Notes: generated from the letters alone by a model not told the origin. 64,000 bases of DNA from an uncultured delta proteobacterium (GCA_963761335.1 CAVXGR010000018.1:1024001-1088000); one strand, 5' to 3'; positions 40,946 to 50,907 are shown, numbered from the stretch's first letter. Numbers and translations are program-made.

Positions 40946-42171
40946 CCACGCACGTACAGCCGCAGCCGGTCGGCGGCGACGTCTTCACACGGCCGGTTCG
41001 GGTGATGACCGCCTTGGCGCTGCTCGCGGGTGGGCTCATCCTCTGGCGCTTTCTCGTCGGTCTCGGCCAGACCACGGCGCTCAACGACGGCTATGCGTGG
41101 GGCCTGTGGATCGCCTTCGACGTGGTCACCGGCAGCGCCCTGGCGTGCGGCGGCTATGCGCTGGCGCTCCTCGTCTACATCATCAATCGCGGCGAGTACC
41201 ACCCGCTGGTGCGCCCGGCGCTGGTCACCAGTGCCTTCGGCTACACGATGGCGGGCTTCTCGGTGATGATCGACCTCGGGCGCCCGTGGCTGGCGTACAA
41301 GCTGCCGTTCTTCTGGCACTGGAACCTGCGCTCGGTGCTGCTGGAGGTGGCCCTCTGCATCATGACCTACACCGTCGTGCTGTGGATCGAGCTGTCGCCG
41401 GCGTTTCTCGAGCGGGCGCGCCACAGCTCCATCCCGTGGGTGCGACAGGTCGGCAACGGCTGGCTGCCGTTCATGCGCAAGAGCCTGGTGTGGGTGGTGG
41501 CCTTCGGCGTCCTGCTGCCGACCATGCACCAGTCCGGCCTGGGCACGCTGCTGCTGCTCAGCGGTCCGCGCCTGCACCCGCTGTGGAACACCGTCATGCT
41601 GCCGTTGCTCTTCCTCTCCTCGTGCATCGCCATGGGCTTTGCCGTGGTGGTGATGGAGAGCGCCCTCTCGGCGCGGCTCCTCGGCCGCCGGCCGGAGACC
41701 GAGATGCTGGCGGGGCTGGGGTCGGTGATGCGGCCGGTGCTGTACGTGTACCTGGGGATCCGGCTCGTCGATCTGATCATGCGCAAGCAGATCGACCGGC
41801 TGTTCGCCTTCGACTCGTACAGCATCATGGCGCTGATCGAGTTCGCGCTCTTCATCGGCGCCCTCGCCCTGCTGCGCCAAGAGCGGCAGCGGCGGAACAT
41901 GCGCACCCTCTTCCGCGCCGCCATGCTCCTGCTGCTCGGCGGCGCCCTCTATCGCTTCGACGTCTTTCTCGTCGCCTTCTCGCCGGGAGCGAACTGGTCG
42001 TACTTTCCGAGCGTCACCGAGATCCTCGTCTCCGTCGGCCTGGTGGCGGCCGAGGTCGTCGGCTACATCCTGCTCATCAAGCGCTTCCCGATTCTCGCCG
42101 GGGTGCGGCCTGCGGCGCGGGAAGCGTCCCCGGCGGCGCCGCTGGCGCCGGCGGCATCAGCGGCATCATAG
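40942..42171 (+). CDS. hybB: NrfD-like membrane subunit HybB
   Basis: WGLWIAFDV, DLGRPW, LPTMHQSGLG; about 10 TM helices. Confidence 0.93.
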   Translation: MTTHVQPQPVGGDVFTRPVRVMTALALLAGGLILWRFLVGLGQTTALNDGYAWGLWIAFDVVTGSALACGGYALALLVYIINRGEYHPLVRPALVTSAFGYTMAGFSVMIDLGRPWLAYKLPFFWHWNLRSVLLEVALCIMTYTVVLWIELSPAFLERARHSSIPWVRQVGNGWLPFMRKSLVWVVAFGVLLPTMHQSGLGTLLLLSGPRLHPLWNTVMLPLLFLSSCIAMGFAVVVMESALSARLLGRRPETEMLAGLGSVMRPVLYVYLGIRLVDLIMRKQIDRLFAFDSYSIMALIEFALFIGALALLRQERQRRNMRTLFRAAMLLLLGGALYRFDVFLVAFSPGANWSYFPSVTEILVSVGLVAAEVVGYILLIKRFPILAGVRPAAREASPAAPLAPAASAAS

Positions 42172-42183
42172 GGAGGAACGCAC

Positions 42184-43881
42184 ATGGCTCGCATCACGAT
42201 CGACCCGATCACGCGCATCGAAGGGCATCTGCGCATCGACGCCGTGGTCGACGGCGGCGAGGTACAGAAGGCGTGGGCCTCGTGCAGCATGTGGCGCGGC
42301 ATCGAGACCATCCTGCGCGGGCGCGACCCGCGCGAGGCCTGGTTCTTCACGCAGCGCTTCTGCGGCGTGTGCACCACGGTGCACGCCATCGCCTCGGTGC
42401 GCGCCGTCGAGGATGCGCTGCGTCTGGAGGTCCCTCCCAACGCCCAGTACATCCGCAACCTCATCCTCATCGCCCATGCGCTGCACGACCACATCGTGCA
42501 CTTCTATCACCTCTCGGCTCTGGACTTCGTCGACGTCACCACCATCCCCAAGGCGGACCCCGCCAAGGCGGCGTCCATCGCCCAGAGCCTCTCCGACTGG
42601 CCCCGGAACTCGCGCCAGGAGATGGCGCGGGTGCAGGCCAAGGTGCTCGGCCTGGTGCAGAGCGGTCAGCTCGGCATCTTCACGAACGGCTACTGGGGCC
42701 ACCCGGCGATGAAGCTGTCGCCCGAGGTCAACCTTCTCGCGGTGGCGCACTATCTCCAGGCGCTCGAGTACCAGCGTCAGGCCAACAAGGTGGTCGCCAT
42801 CCTCGGCGGCAAGACGCCGCACATCCAGAATCTGGCCGTCGGCGGCGTGATGAACGCCATCAACCTGAACAGCGAGGCGACGCTCAATATGGACCGGCTG
42901 TACATGATGAAGGACCTCCTCGACGAGGTCATTCAGTTCGTGCAGCAGGTCTATGTGCCCGACGCCTGCGCCATCGCCGGCTTCTATCCGGAGTGGTTCG
43001 GCATCGGCGCCGGCGTGCAGAACTACCTGGCGGTGCCGGATCTGCCGACCGATCCCGCCTCGACCGTCTTCGATGTCCCCGGCGGCACCATCGTCGGCGG
43101 CGATCTCGGCAGCGTGCGCAGCATCAGCGGCGTTCAAGACGAGTACTTCCGCAAGGGGGTGGTCGAGGACGTCACCCACGGTTGGTACAAGGGGAAGGGC
43201 GCGCTGCATCCGTGGCAGGGCGAGACCATTCCCGAGTACACGGACTTCCAGGAGGACGGCAAGTACAGCTGGGTGAAGGCGCCGCGTTTCGAGGGCCGGC
43301 CGATGCAGGTGGGCCCTCTGAGTTCGATTCTGGTGGGTTACGCGCTCGGGCATGAGCTGACCCGCAAGTGGACGGACGCGGCGCTGGCGCGGATCTCGGC
43401 GATCGCGCAGCGACAGATCACGGTCGCCGACATGCAGTCCACCATGGGTCGCTATGCGGCGCGTGCCATTCGCGCGGCGCTGCTCTCCGACCTCGCCGTC
43501 CGCCAATGGCAGCTCTTGGTTGACAACATCACCAAGGGAGACGCCAGCGTCTTCAACCAGCCGCACTTCCCCAAGGGAACCATCGAGGGCGTCGGCTTCC
43601 ACGAGGCGCCGCGCGGCTCGCTCTCGCACTGGGTGGTGGTGAAGGACGGAGTCATCGCCAACTACCAGGCGGTGGTGCCTACCACCTGGAATGCCAGCCC
43701 GCGCGACGAGGGGGGAGCGCCGGGCCCCTACGAGGCGGCGCTGCTCAAGAACCCGGTTGCCGATGCGGAGAGGCCCCTCGAGCTGCTGCGCACGGTGCAC
43801 TCGTTCGACCCCTGCCTGGCGTGCGCCTGCCACACGCTCGACGTCGAGGGCCGGACGATTGCCACGGTGAAGGTGCTGTGA
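42184..43881 (+). CDS. hybC: [NiFe]-hydrogenase large subunit (Hyb / group 1c-like)
   Basis: DPITRIEGH, L1 RFCGVC, L2 DPCLAC.CH plus a cleavable tail. Confidence 0.95.
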   Translation: MARITIDPITRIEGHLRIDAVVDGGEVQKAWASCSMWRGIETILRGRDPREAWFFTQRFCGVCTTVHAIASVRAVEDALRLEVPPNAQYIRNLILIAHALHDHIVHFYHLSALDFVDVTTIPKADPAKAASIAQSLSDWPRNSRQEMARVQAKVLGLVQSGQLGIFTNGYWGHPAMKLSPEVNLLAVAHYLQALEYQRQANKVVAILGGKTPHIQNLAVGGVMNAINLNSEATLNMDRLYMMKDLLDEVIQFVQQVYVPDACAIAGFYPEWFGIGAGVQNYLAVPDLPTDPASTVFDVPGGTIVGGDLGSVRSISGVQDEYFRKGVVEDVTHGWYKGKGALHPWQGETIPEYTDFQEDGKYSWVKAPRFEGRPMQVGPLSSILVGYALGHELTRKWTDAALARISAIAQRQITVADMQSTMGRYAARAIRAALLSDLAVRQWQLLVDNITKGDASVFNQPHFPKGTIEGVGFHEAPRGSLSHWVVVKDGVIANYQAVVPTTWNASPRDEGGAPGPYEAALLKNPVADAERPLELLRTVHSFDPCLACACHTLDVEGRTIATVKVL

Positions 43882-44474
43882 GCGCGATGCGGGATGAGGA
43901 CGCGCCGATTGCGGTCATCGGCATCGGCAGCGTCCTGCTCGGCGACGATGGCGTGGGCCCCTTCGTCGTCGAGCTTCTGCGCGCCGGCTGGGAGTTTCCG
44001 GAGGATGTCGCGCTGATCGACGCCGGCACCCCCGGACTGGATCTCGTCGCTCAGTTCCAGGGTCACGAGGTGGTGATCATCGTCGACGCGGTGGCGGCAA
44101 GCGGCGAGCCGGGGGAGCTGCGTCTCTACGGCGATGCCGATCTGCGCCGCATGCCGATGAGCCCGCGCGTCAGCCCCCACGACCCCGCGGTGCAGGAAGC
44201 TCTGTGGATTGCCGATCTGGGCGGCAGCGCCCCCCGCGAGGTCCTGCTGCTCGGCATCATTCCGGCGACCACCGAGGTCGGCACCGAGCTCAGCGAGCCC
44301 GTACGACAGGCCGCAAGGGCCGCGGCGGAGGCGGTGGTGGCGGAGCTCGCCGGGCGCGGCGCCTTCGCCGTGGAGCGCTCCGAGCCCCGCGCGCCGAACA
44401 CTTGGTGGATGCGCTCCCGGGAGGGCGAGGCTCCCGCCGAGCCGTGCACGAGCACGTTCCCCCCGCGGCCCTGA
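43878..44474 (+). CDS. hybD: Hydrogenase maturation protease (HybD/HyaD)
   Basis: GIGSVLLGDDGVG, IDAGT, IIVDAV, SPH. Confidence 0.9.
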   Translation: MSAMRDEDAPIAVIGIGSVLLGDDGVGPFVVELLRAGWEFPEDVALIDAGTPGLDLVAQFQGHEVVIIVDAVAASGEPGELRLYGDADLRRMPMSPRVSPHDPAVQEALWIADLGGSAPREVLLLGIIPATTEVGTELSEPVRQAARAAAEAVVAELAGRGAFAVERSEPRAPNTWWMRSREGEAPAEPCTSTFPPRP

Positions 44475-45274
44475 GGAGCAGTGAGTAGAGGCTGACGTTC
44501 CAATCGCCCATCTTTGCGCCTCTGCGTCTTTGCGTTCTCTGTTGCGCGCGAGTGGAGGTGGAAGAGGAAACGCAAAGGCGCAAAGGCGCGAAGCCGCAGT
44601 TGCCCGGCCGACCGATGTGCCTCGATCCGCGGCTACGGAGCGCGCCGGCGTTTTGAGGACAGCCTCTACTGCCCCAAGAAATGCAGCAACGGCTGGTTGA
44701 ACTGCGCGGGGGTCCCGCCGAGCCGTGGGCGAGCAGATTCCCCCGCGGCCCCGAGGCGCAGTGAGTAGAGGCTGACGTTCCAACCGCCCATCTTTGCGCC
44801 TCTGCGTCTTTGCGTTCTCTGTTCCGCGCGAGCGGAGGTGGAAGAGGAAACGCAAAGGCGCAAAGGCGCAAAGCCGCAGTTGCCCGGCCGACCGATGTGC
44901 CTCGATCCGCGGCTACGGAGCGCGCCGGCGTTTTGAGGACAGCCTCTACTGCCCCAAGAAATGCAGCAACGGCTGGTTGAACTGCGCGGGGGTCCCGCCG
45001 AGCCGTGGGCGAGCAGATTCCCCCGCGGCCCCGAGGCGCAGTGAGTAGAGGCTGACGTTCCAACCGCCCATCTTTGCGCCTCTGCGTCTTTGCGTTCTCT
45101 GTTCCGCGCGAGCGGAGGTGGAAGAGGAAACGCAAAGGCGCAAAGGCGCAAAGCCGCAGTTGCCCGGCCGACCGATGTGCCTCGATCCGCGGCTACGGAG
45201 CGCGCCGGCGTTTTGAGGACAGCCTCTACTGCCCCAAGAAATGCAGTAACGCCTGATTGAACTGCTCGGGGTCC
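44432..45274. repeat. Three-copy 280-bp tandem repeat spanning the hybD / hydrolase convergent junction
   Basis: GTGAGTAGAGGCTGACGTTCC recurs at 44481, 44761 and 45041. Each unit has the hairpin TCTTTGCGCCTCTGCGTCTTTGCGTT / AACGCAAAGGCGCAAAGGCGC. Confidence 0.95.
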
Positions 45275-46071
45275 TGCAGGAAGGCGAAGTGACTGACTTC
45301 CGGTAGGATGAGCTCGCCGGCGCCGGGGATGAGCGCCGCCATGTGGTCGGTGTCCTCCCGCTTGATGGCCTCGTCGTGATCGGCGTCGACGATCCAGGTG
45401 GGCACCGCGATGTGGCTCAGCTGCTCGTCGGTGAAGTGCGGCTGGGTCGCCCACATCTTGGTGATGTTGGCGAGGAAGGCCTTGAACTCCTTCGGCGTCG
45501 GCGAGAGCTTCTCGTACTCGCGGCGGGCGCGGTCGATGTAGGCCGTGAACACCGGGCTCTGATTCACGTCCTTGACGCCTGAGGGGTTGGAGTTGGCGGC
45601 GAAGGCGAACAGCCTGGTCAGGCGCTCGGGATGGTGGATGGCGATGTCGAGGCCGATGATGGCGCCATCGCTCCAACCCACCAGAGCCGCCTTGGGAACG
45701 TGCAGGTAGTCCATCAGGGCGAGCACGTCGGAGGACATCAGGTCGTAGCCGATCGGTTCTTTGCTGCGCGTGCTGCGGCCGTGACCGCGGCTGTCGAGGA
45801 CGATCACCTGGTAGTGCGGTGCCAGCGCCGCGACCTGCAGCCCCCAGTAGTCGGAGTTGGCGAGGCCGCCGTGGACCAGCACTACCGGCGGGCCCTCACC
45901 GAAGACGGCGTACCAGAGACGGATGCCGTTCACCGGAGCGATACCGCTGCGCTCCGCCGTCGGCAGCGCCGGCGTCGCCGGCAGGCGCATCCACGGATAC
46001 TCGGCGCGGGCGGGCAGGGCGACGGCGAGCCCGGCGAGCAGCAGGAGGACAGCGGATGCGGCGCGCCTCAC
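45226..46071 (-). CDS. Secreted alpha/beta hydrolase
   Basis: Signal peptide ending ARA; HGG, DSRGHGRS, GWSDG, SHFAFLQ. Confidence 0.9.
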   Translation of the reverse strand: MRRAASAVLLLLAGLAVALPARAEYPWMRLPATPALPTAERSGIAPVNGIRLWYAVFGEGPPVVLVHGGLANSDYWGLQVAALAPHYQVIVLDSRGHGRSTRSKEPIGYDLMSSDVLALMDYLHVPKAALVGWSDGAIIGLDIAIHHPERLTRLFAFAANSNPSGVKDVNQSPVFTAYIDRARREYEKLSPTPKEFKAFLANITKMWATQPHFTDEQLSHIAVPTWIVDADHDEAIKREDTDHMAALIPGAGELILPEVSHFAFLQDPEQFNQALLHFLGQ

Positions 46072-46187
46072 CCCTGATCGCCTTCGCAGCAGCCTTCGAC
46101 GATACGCAGGCAGCGCGCGCAGATGCGCTTGCACTTGCGGATCAGCAGCTTGGCGCCGCAGCACGGGGATACCTCCGTTGACGACAT
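46068..46187 (-). CDS. 39-aa Cys-rich microprotein (zinc-finger-like), absent from the ORF track
   Basis: SD GGAGGAGG, then MSSTEVSPCCGAKLLIRKCKRICARCLRIVEGCCEGDQG*. The stop overlaps the hydrolase GTG (GTGA). Confidence 0.7.
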   Translation of the reverse strand: MSSTEVSPCCGAKLLIRKCKRICARCLRIVEGCCEGDQG

Positions 46188-46358
46188 AACCGCCTCCTCC
46201 TCCACGGCGGTTCTCTACCGTGTTCAGATGGAGAGGGGAAGGGAAGGGTTGCTCCCGGGATTCCCCCGCACGGAAGAGGAACGCAAAGGCGCAAAGGCGA
46301 ACGTCCCTTGAGGCCTTCTGTCTTGGTCGTCTCCGTCATCTGGTGCTATTTGGGCCGC

Positions 46359-46766
46359 ATGATGGAACGGCAGGCACAGGTTCTGCGGGTGGCGTTTCTG
46401 GCGGGGGCAATCACCGACGCGCTGGCGCTCATCCCCATGCTCTTTCCGCCGATGGCCAGGCTCCTCTGGGGATTCGACGACGTCAGCGGACCTTATCGAT
46501 TTGCCATGGGTTACGGCGCCTCGCTCATGGCGGCGTGGACCATTCTCCTCGTCTGGGCGTACCGCCGCCCCCTGGAGCGCCGCTTCGTCGCTGCGCTCAC
46601 TGTCTTCATCATCTACGGCTTGGTCGCAACCGAGGTGCTCGCCGTGTTTGCCGGCAATATTTCAGCCGCCCGCATGATTCCCACCTGGCTGCTGCAATCG
46701 GGGCTTCTCGGCCTCTTCGCCGGCGGCTACCACTATCCGCGGCTCCACCACTGGCTTGCTCTCTGA
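46359..46766 (+). CDS. Four-TM hypothetical membrane protein
   Basis: Four hydrophobic segments; ASLMAAWTILLVWA..P.ERR. Confidence 0.75.
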   Translation: MMERQAQVLRVAFLAGAITDALALIPMLFPPMARLLWGFDDVSGPYRFAMGYGASLMAAWTILLVWAYRRPLERRFVAALTVFIIYGLVATEVLAVFAGNISAARMIPTWLLQSGLLGLFAGGYHYPRLHHWLAL

Positions 46767-46838
46767 GCTGACGGCGCGGCTGCGGACGAAGAGCAGGCCG
46801 AGCGAGCCGTACGCCCGGCTTCGCGTCTCTGCGTTCTC

Positions 46839-47405
46839 CTATGCCACGGCGCGCTCGGAAGTGGCGGCGTTTCCCGCCGGCACGGCACAGAACCCCTCGG
46901 CCTCCACCCCGAGCGGCGCGTTGACGCGGTTGAAGAAGCTTTCGATGGCGACGGCGAAGGTGAGCTCGACGATCTGGCGCTCGTTGAAGTGGCGGCGCAA
47001 CTCGGCGAAGGTCTCGTCCGCTACGACGACCGGCACCTGCGTCGATTCGGAGGTGTAGCGGAGGGCAGCGCGCTCGGGGGCGGTGAACGCCGTGTGGGTT
47101 TCGAACTCGTGCAGGTGCGACACCTTTTCCCGGAGAGCGGCTGGAGCGAGGCTGCGGCCGTAGTCGATGCACCAGGAGCAGCCGTTGATCTCGCCGACGA
47201 GCAGCATGGCCAGCAGGCGCGTGTCGTCGGACAGCTCCCCATGGGCGTGCGCAAAGCGGCTGGTCATCGCGTAGGGAAGCAGGAAACCGGGAACGTGCGC
47301 CGCCATCTGCAGGGGCCGGAACACGCGACCGTACATTCTGCGGCAGAAGAAGAACAACGTCCGCGCCCAGAGGCCGGGATGCCGGGGTGGTTCGATACGA
47401 GCCAT
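46839..47405 (-). CDS. Carboxymuconolactone decarboxylase / AhpD family protein
   Basis: INGCSWCIDY, ERAAL.Y, LRRHFNERQIVEL; SD GGAGG. Confidence 0.88.
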   Translation of the reverse strand: MARIEPPRHPGLWARTLFFFCRRMYGRVFRPLQMAAHVPGFLLPYAMTSRFAHAHGELSDDTRLLAMLLVGEINGCSWCIDYGRSLAPAALREKVSHLHEFETHTAFTAPERAALRYTSESTQVPVVVADETFAELRRHFNERQIVELTFAVAIESFFNRVNAPLGVEAEGFCAVPAGNAATSERAVA

Positions 47406-47577
47406 GGATCACCTCCTATGCGCAGTATACGACCGGGACGGTCGAAAGGTTACAGATGGCGAGCACCCCCCGCAGGGCGAGGCTCCGGCCGTCCGCGGCC
47501 AGGCCGGTCGTGGTCACCGGGGTCGAGTTGGGGAGAGGAGACCCGGGAATGAGAACGGGGAATGTGGAAGAAGCAGG

Positions 47578-48012
47578 TCAGCCGCGCTCGTTGCCGCCGA
47601 CGACGCGCCGGTACAGGGGCGAGTAGTAGCGGTCGCGCCCGGGCATGTGGGAGACGATGGCGCCGATGACGATCACCGCGGAGAGGAGCCACACCCGCGC
47701 CTCCCACCACACGGCGACGGCGAGCACCAGCGCCACCTTGGCGAAGGTCGCCAGGCCGCGGACCTGCGCCGGCCACACCGGGGTGCGATACATCTCCAGA
47801 GCCATGAGACCGAGGCCGGTGGCCACCGTCGCCAGCAGGGCCGGCAGCAGGCGGTCGGCGGCGATGCCGTAGATGTGGCCGCCGTAGAGGGCGCCGAAGG
47901 CGAGCAGGTGCGCCGTGCGCAGCGTCGTGCGCAGCGGGCGCACCCCGCGGAGCGGGCGCGTGCGCCGCTCGAAGGGGACTGCCGTGGGTGCGTAGCCGAC
48001 GCTCGTCGCCAT
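47578..48012 (-). CDS. Hypothetical four-TM membrane protein, last gene of the Mo-enzyme operon
   Basis: LRTAHL, GGH, SHMPG..RY.S; starts 4 nt after the alpha-1 stop. Confidence 0.75.
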   Translation of the reverse strand: MATSVGYAPTAVPFERRTRPLRGVRPLRTTLRTAHLLAFGALYGGHIYGIAADRLLPALLATVATGLGLMALEMYRTPVWPAQVRGLATFAKVALVLAVAVWWEARVWLLSAVIVIGAIVSHMPGRDRYYSPLYRRVVGGNERG

Positions 48013-48016
48013 GGCG

Positions 48017-50887
48017 CTAGACGATACGCGTCACCTCGACGCGCGTGTCGCGGTCGTTCTGGCTCGGCTGCATGCAGATCTGGATGGGGCGCAGATGTCC
48101 CTCGCCGCCGGCGAGCTCGACGGGGTTGATGGGGCTCGGGATCAGGTTCTGGAAGCCCTTGCCGCCCTCGAACTGGTAGTTCTCCCAGGCGTGATAGATG
48201 ATGAGCTGCCCGGGGCGGACAGTGGGCGAGACCTTGGCATGGATGCGAAAGCGATCGATGTCGTTGCGCACCTCGACCAGGTCGCCGTCACTCACGTTGC
48301 GCGCCTTGGCGTCGTCGACGCTCATGTAGACCACCGGGCGGCCGCGCTGCAGGCGCAGCATGCGGGCGTCGTCGCGCCACGAGGCGTGGATGGACCATCG
48401 CGTATGGCCGCCGGTGAGCACCAGCGGATGGTTGCCGCCGGCGTGCGGCGGATCCTTGTGCACCGGCAGGGTCTCGCCGAGCTCCAGATAGAACGGATGA
48501 TCGATGTAGAACTGGATGCGCCGTGTCAGCGTCGGGTAGGGCTCCTTCTTCTCGACGTGGAACTGGAAGGGACTGATGGTATCCTGCGCCTTCACCTCGC
48601 AGGCGTTGCCGATGGAGACGCCGCTGTTGCCCACCGCCGTGAAGCGCGCGTAGCCCTTCTCCTTGAGCTGCTCCCAGTCGACGCCGGCGAGATTGCTCGA
48701 CAGCTTGACGAGCTGCGCGGCCACCTTGGCGTCGTCGTTCTCGGTGTACTCGCCGCCCATGGTGAAGTCGTCGTAGAAGCTCTGTAGCGGCCGCTCGTTG
48801 CCGTGGCGGTCCTTGAACGAGGTGATCTGCCGCGCCCGCGCCCGCCGCTCGATCGCCTTCGCCAGCAGGGCGCAGATCTCCCAGTCGGACTTCGCCTCCT
48901 GAAAGCTGGTCGCCTTCGAGCCGGCGTGCAGGTAGGGCATCAGCGGCGTGCCCCACTTGTGCTCGTTCTTCTCGTACCAGCCGGCGGTCGGCAGCACGTA
49001 GTCCGAGTGCATGGCCGTCGAGGTCATGCGGAAGTCGATGGTCACGTGCGCCTTGAGCTTCGGGTAGAGGGTTTTGACCACGGCGGGGTAGCCGCGCAGC
49101 CGCCGCAGGATGTTGCTGCCGAACTCGAAGATGACGCGCGGGTCCGAGCCGGGCTTCGGCCAGACGTGCTGGTAGCCCTTGTCCAGCGACTCGCGAAGGT
49201 AGTCGGCGACCGGCCGCTTCAGGTAGGGATCCCATTCCTGGGAGCGACCGCTGAGCTCGAGCAGGCCGCCGTGGATGTTCCAGAACATCACTCCCGAGAC
49301 CGTGGTGCCCTCGCGGAACTGCCAGTTGCCGATCTCGTACTTGACCATCTCGTCGGTCATTCCCGGCTTCTTCATCCCCCACATCACCGGGCCCATCTGC
49401 ACCGCCAGCCGCAGCTTCCCCATCCATCCCGGCTGCTTGAGCATGACGAACGGCTCGATGCCGTCCTGGGTGAGGAAGGGAAAGGCGCTGAAGCCGCTGC
49501 CCTTCTTGCCCATGTGCCCGCAGAGGGCGAAGACCAGGATCTGGGCGCGCTCCATCAGGTTGCCGTGGTAGAACTTGGCGATGTTGCTGGAGGTGACGTT
49601 GGAGACCGCCTTGGCCTTGCCGAGGCGGATCGCCAGGTCGCGGACCACCGCGGCAGCGATCCCCGTGATCGGCGCGGTCTGCTCGGGGCGGTAGTTGCGC
49701 TCCAGCATCTCGCGCAGGCGCGCGAAAACGGGGCGCACCTTGACCGCCCTGTGGTTGGCGGTCGCGGCCTCGAAGGTGCCCTCGAGCGCCGGCACGATGG
49801 CACCGAGGCCGAGGTTGTCGCGCGGTGCCTCGACGATCTTTCGCGTCGCCTGGTCGTAGACGTAGAGGACCTCGTCGCTGCCGTCCTTCTGCATGTCGCT
49901 CTGGCGCAGGAAGCGGCCGTTGTCCTCGCGCACCAGGAAGGGCATGTCGGTCTGCTCGCGCAGGAAGGCCTCGTCGTGCAGGCCCTGGCTGACGATCACC
50001 TGCGCCAGCGACAGGCCGAGGGCGGCGTCGGTGCCCGGGTTGATGGCGATCCACTGGTCGGCGTGGATGGCCGAGGCGCTGTAGTCCGGGGCGATGGTGA
50101 CGATGTGCGCTCCCTTGTAGCGCGCCTCGGTCCAGAAGTGGGCGTTGGGGATCTGCGTGTAGAGAGGGTTGCAGCCCCAGATGAGGATGACGTCGGAGAA
50201 GAAGTAGTCGTCCGCCGAGCGCTCGGCGACGATCTTGCCGAAGGTGACGGCGGCGCCCGGATGGCCGTCGCCGATCTCGGTGTTCATGTCGAGGGTGCAG
50301 CTGTCGAGGAGGTGGGAGAGGCGCATCTGCCCGGCGCTGGAGGCGCCGAAGGTGTAGAGGGGCCCGATCGACCAGATGATGCGGTCCGTCCCCTCGGCGG
50401 TGACGGTGTCGAGCATGCGATCGGCGATCTCGTCGAGCGCCTGTTCCCAGGAGATGCGCTGCCACTTTCCCGAGCCGCGCTCGCCGGCGCGCTTGAGCGG
50501 GTACTTGACGCGCGTGGCGTCGTACATGCGGGCGCTGAAACAGGCCCCCTTCTGGCAGCCGCGCGGATTGAAGTCCGGCGTGTCGCTGCGGATCGCCGGA
50601 TAGTCCCCGGCCTGCTCCTCGCGCCAGACCATGCCGTCCTTGACGTAGACGTCCCAGGCGCAGTGCGCCTGGTACCAGCAGTTGACGAAGTGCGAGCTGC
50701 GCACGACCTTGTCCCAGGCCCATTTCTGCCGGTACAGGTCCTCCCAGCCACGGTAGTCGACGGGCAGGGCGCCGGCGGACGCCGCAGGCGGAGCCTCCGC
50801 CGCCCAGCCGAAGCGCAGGCGCTCGAGCGAGAGGATCGCGGTGGCGGCCCCTGCGGAACGCAGGAAGTCTCGACGTGTGAGCTGCAT
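48017..50887 (-). CDS. DMSO reductase type II molybdoenzyme alpha subunit 1 (S25dA/EbdA-like), intact
   Basis: Tat motif LTRRDFL; FS0 HFVNCWYQAHC...NPRGCQKG; Asp-ligand motif EIGD; GGHTRWSIH; YHAWE. Confidence 0.92.
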   Translation of the reverse strand: MQLTRRDFLRSAGAATAILSLERLRFGWAAEAPPAASAGALPVDYRGWEDLYRQKWAWDKVVRSSHFVNCWYQAHCAWDVYVKDGMVWREEQAGDYPAIRSDTPDFNPRGCQKGACFSARMYDATRVKYPLKRAGERGSGKWQRISWEQALDEIADRMLDTVTAEGTDRIIWSIGPLYTFGASSAGQMRLSHLLDSCTLDMNTEIGDGHPGAAVTFGKIVAERSADDYFFSDVILIWGCNPLYTQIPNAHFWTEARYKGAHIVTIAPDYSASAIHADQWIAINPGTDAALGLSLAQVIVSQGLHDEAFLREQTDMPFLVREDNGRFLRQSDMQKDGSDEVLYVYDQATRKIVEAPRDNLGLGAIVPALEGTFEAATANHRAVKVRPVFARLREMLERNYRPEQTAPITGIAAAVVRDLAIRLGKAKAVSNVTSSNIAKFYHGNLMERAQILVFALCGHMGKKGSGFSAFPFLTQDGIEPFVMLKQPGWMGKLRLAVQMGPVMWGMKKPGMTDEMVKYEIGNWQFREGTTVSGVMFWNIHGGLLELSGRSQEWDPYLKRPVADYLRESLDKGYQHVWPKPGSDPRVIFEFGSNILRRLRGYPAVVKTLYPKLKAHVTIDFRMTSTAMHSDYVLPTAGWYEKNEHKWGTPLMPYLHAGSKATSFQEAKSDWEICALLAKAIERRARARQITSFKDRHGNERPLQSFYDDFTMGGEYTENDDAKVAAQLVKLSSNLAGVDWEQLKEKGYARFTAVGNSGVSIGNACEVKAQDTISPFQFHVEKKEPYPTLTRRIQFYIDHPFYLELGETLPVHKDPPHAGGNHPLVLTGGHTRWSIHASWRDDARMLRLQRGRPVVYMSVDDAKARNVSDGDLVEVRNDIDRFRIHAKVSPTVRPGQLIIYHAWENYQFEGGKGFQNLIPSPINPVELAGGEGHLRPIQICMQPSQNDRDTRVEVTRIV

Positions 50888-50907
50888 GAGCGTTCTCCCG
50901 AAGGGCC

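Noticed and set aside
42184..43881. [NiFeSe] hydrogenase
   Set aside because: The L2 motif encodes Cys (TGC) with no in-frame TGA.
44432..45274. Diversity-generating retroelement TR/VR pair
   Set aside because: There is no reverse transcriptase, and the mismatches are not adenine-specific.
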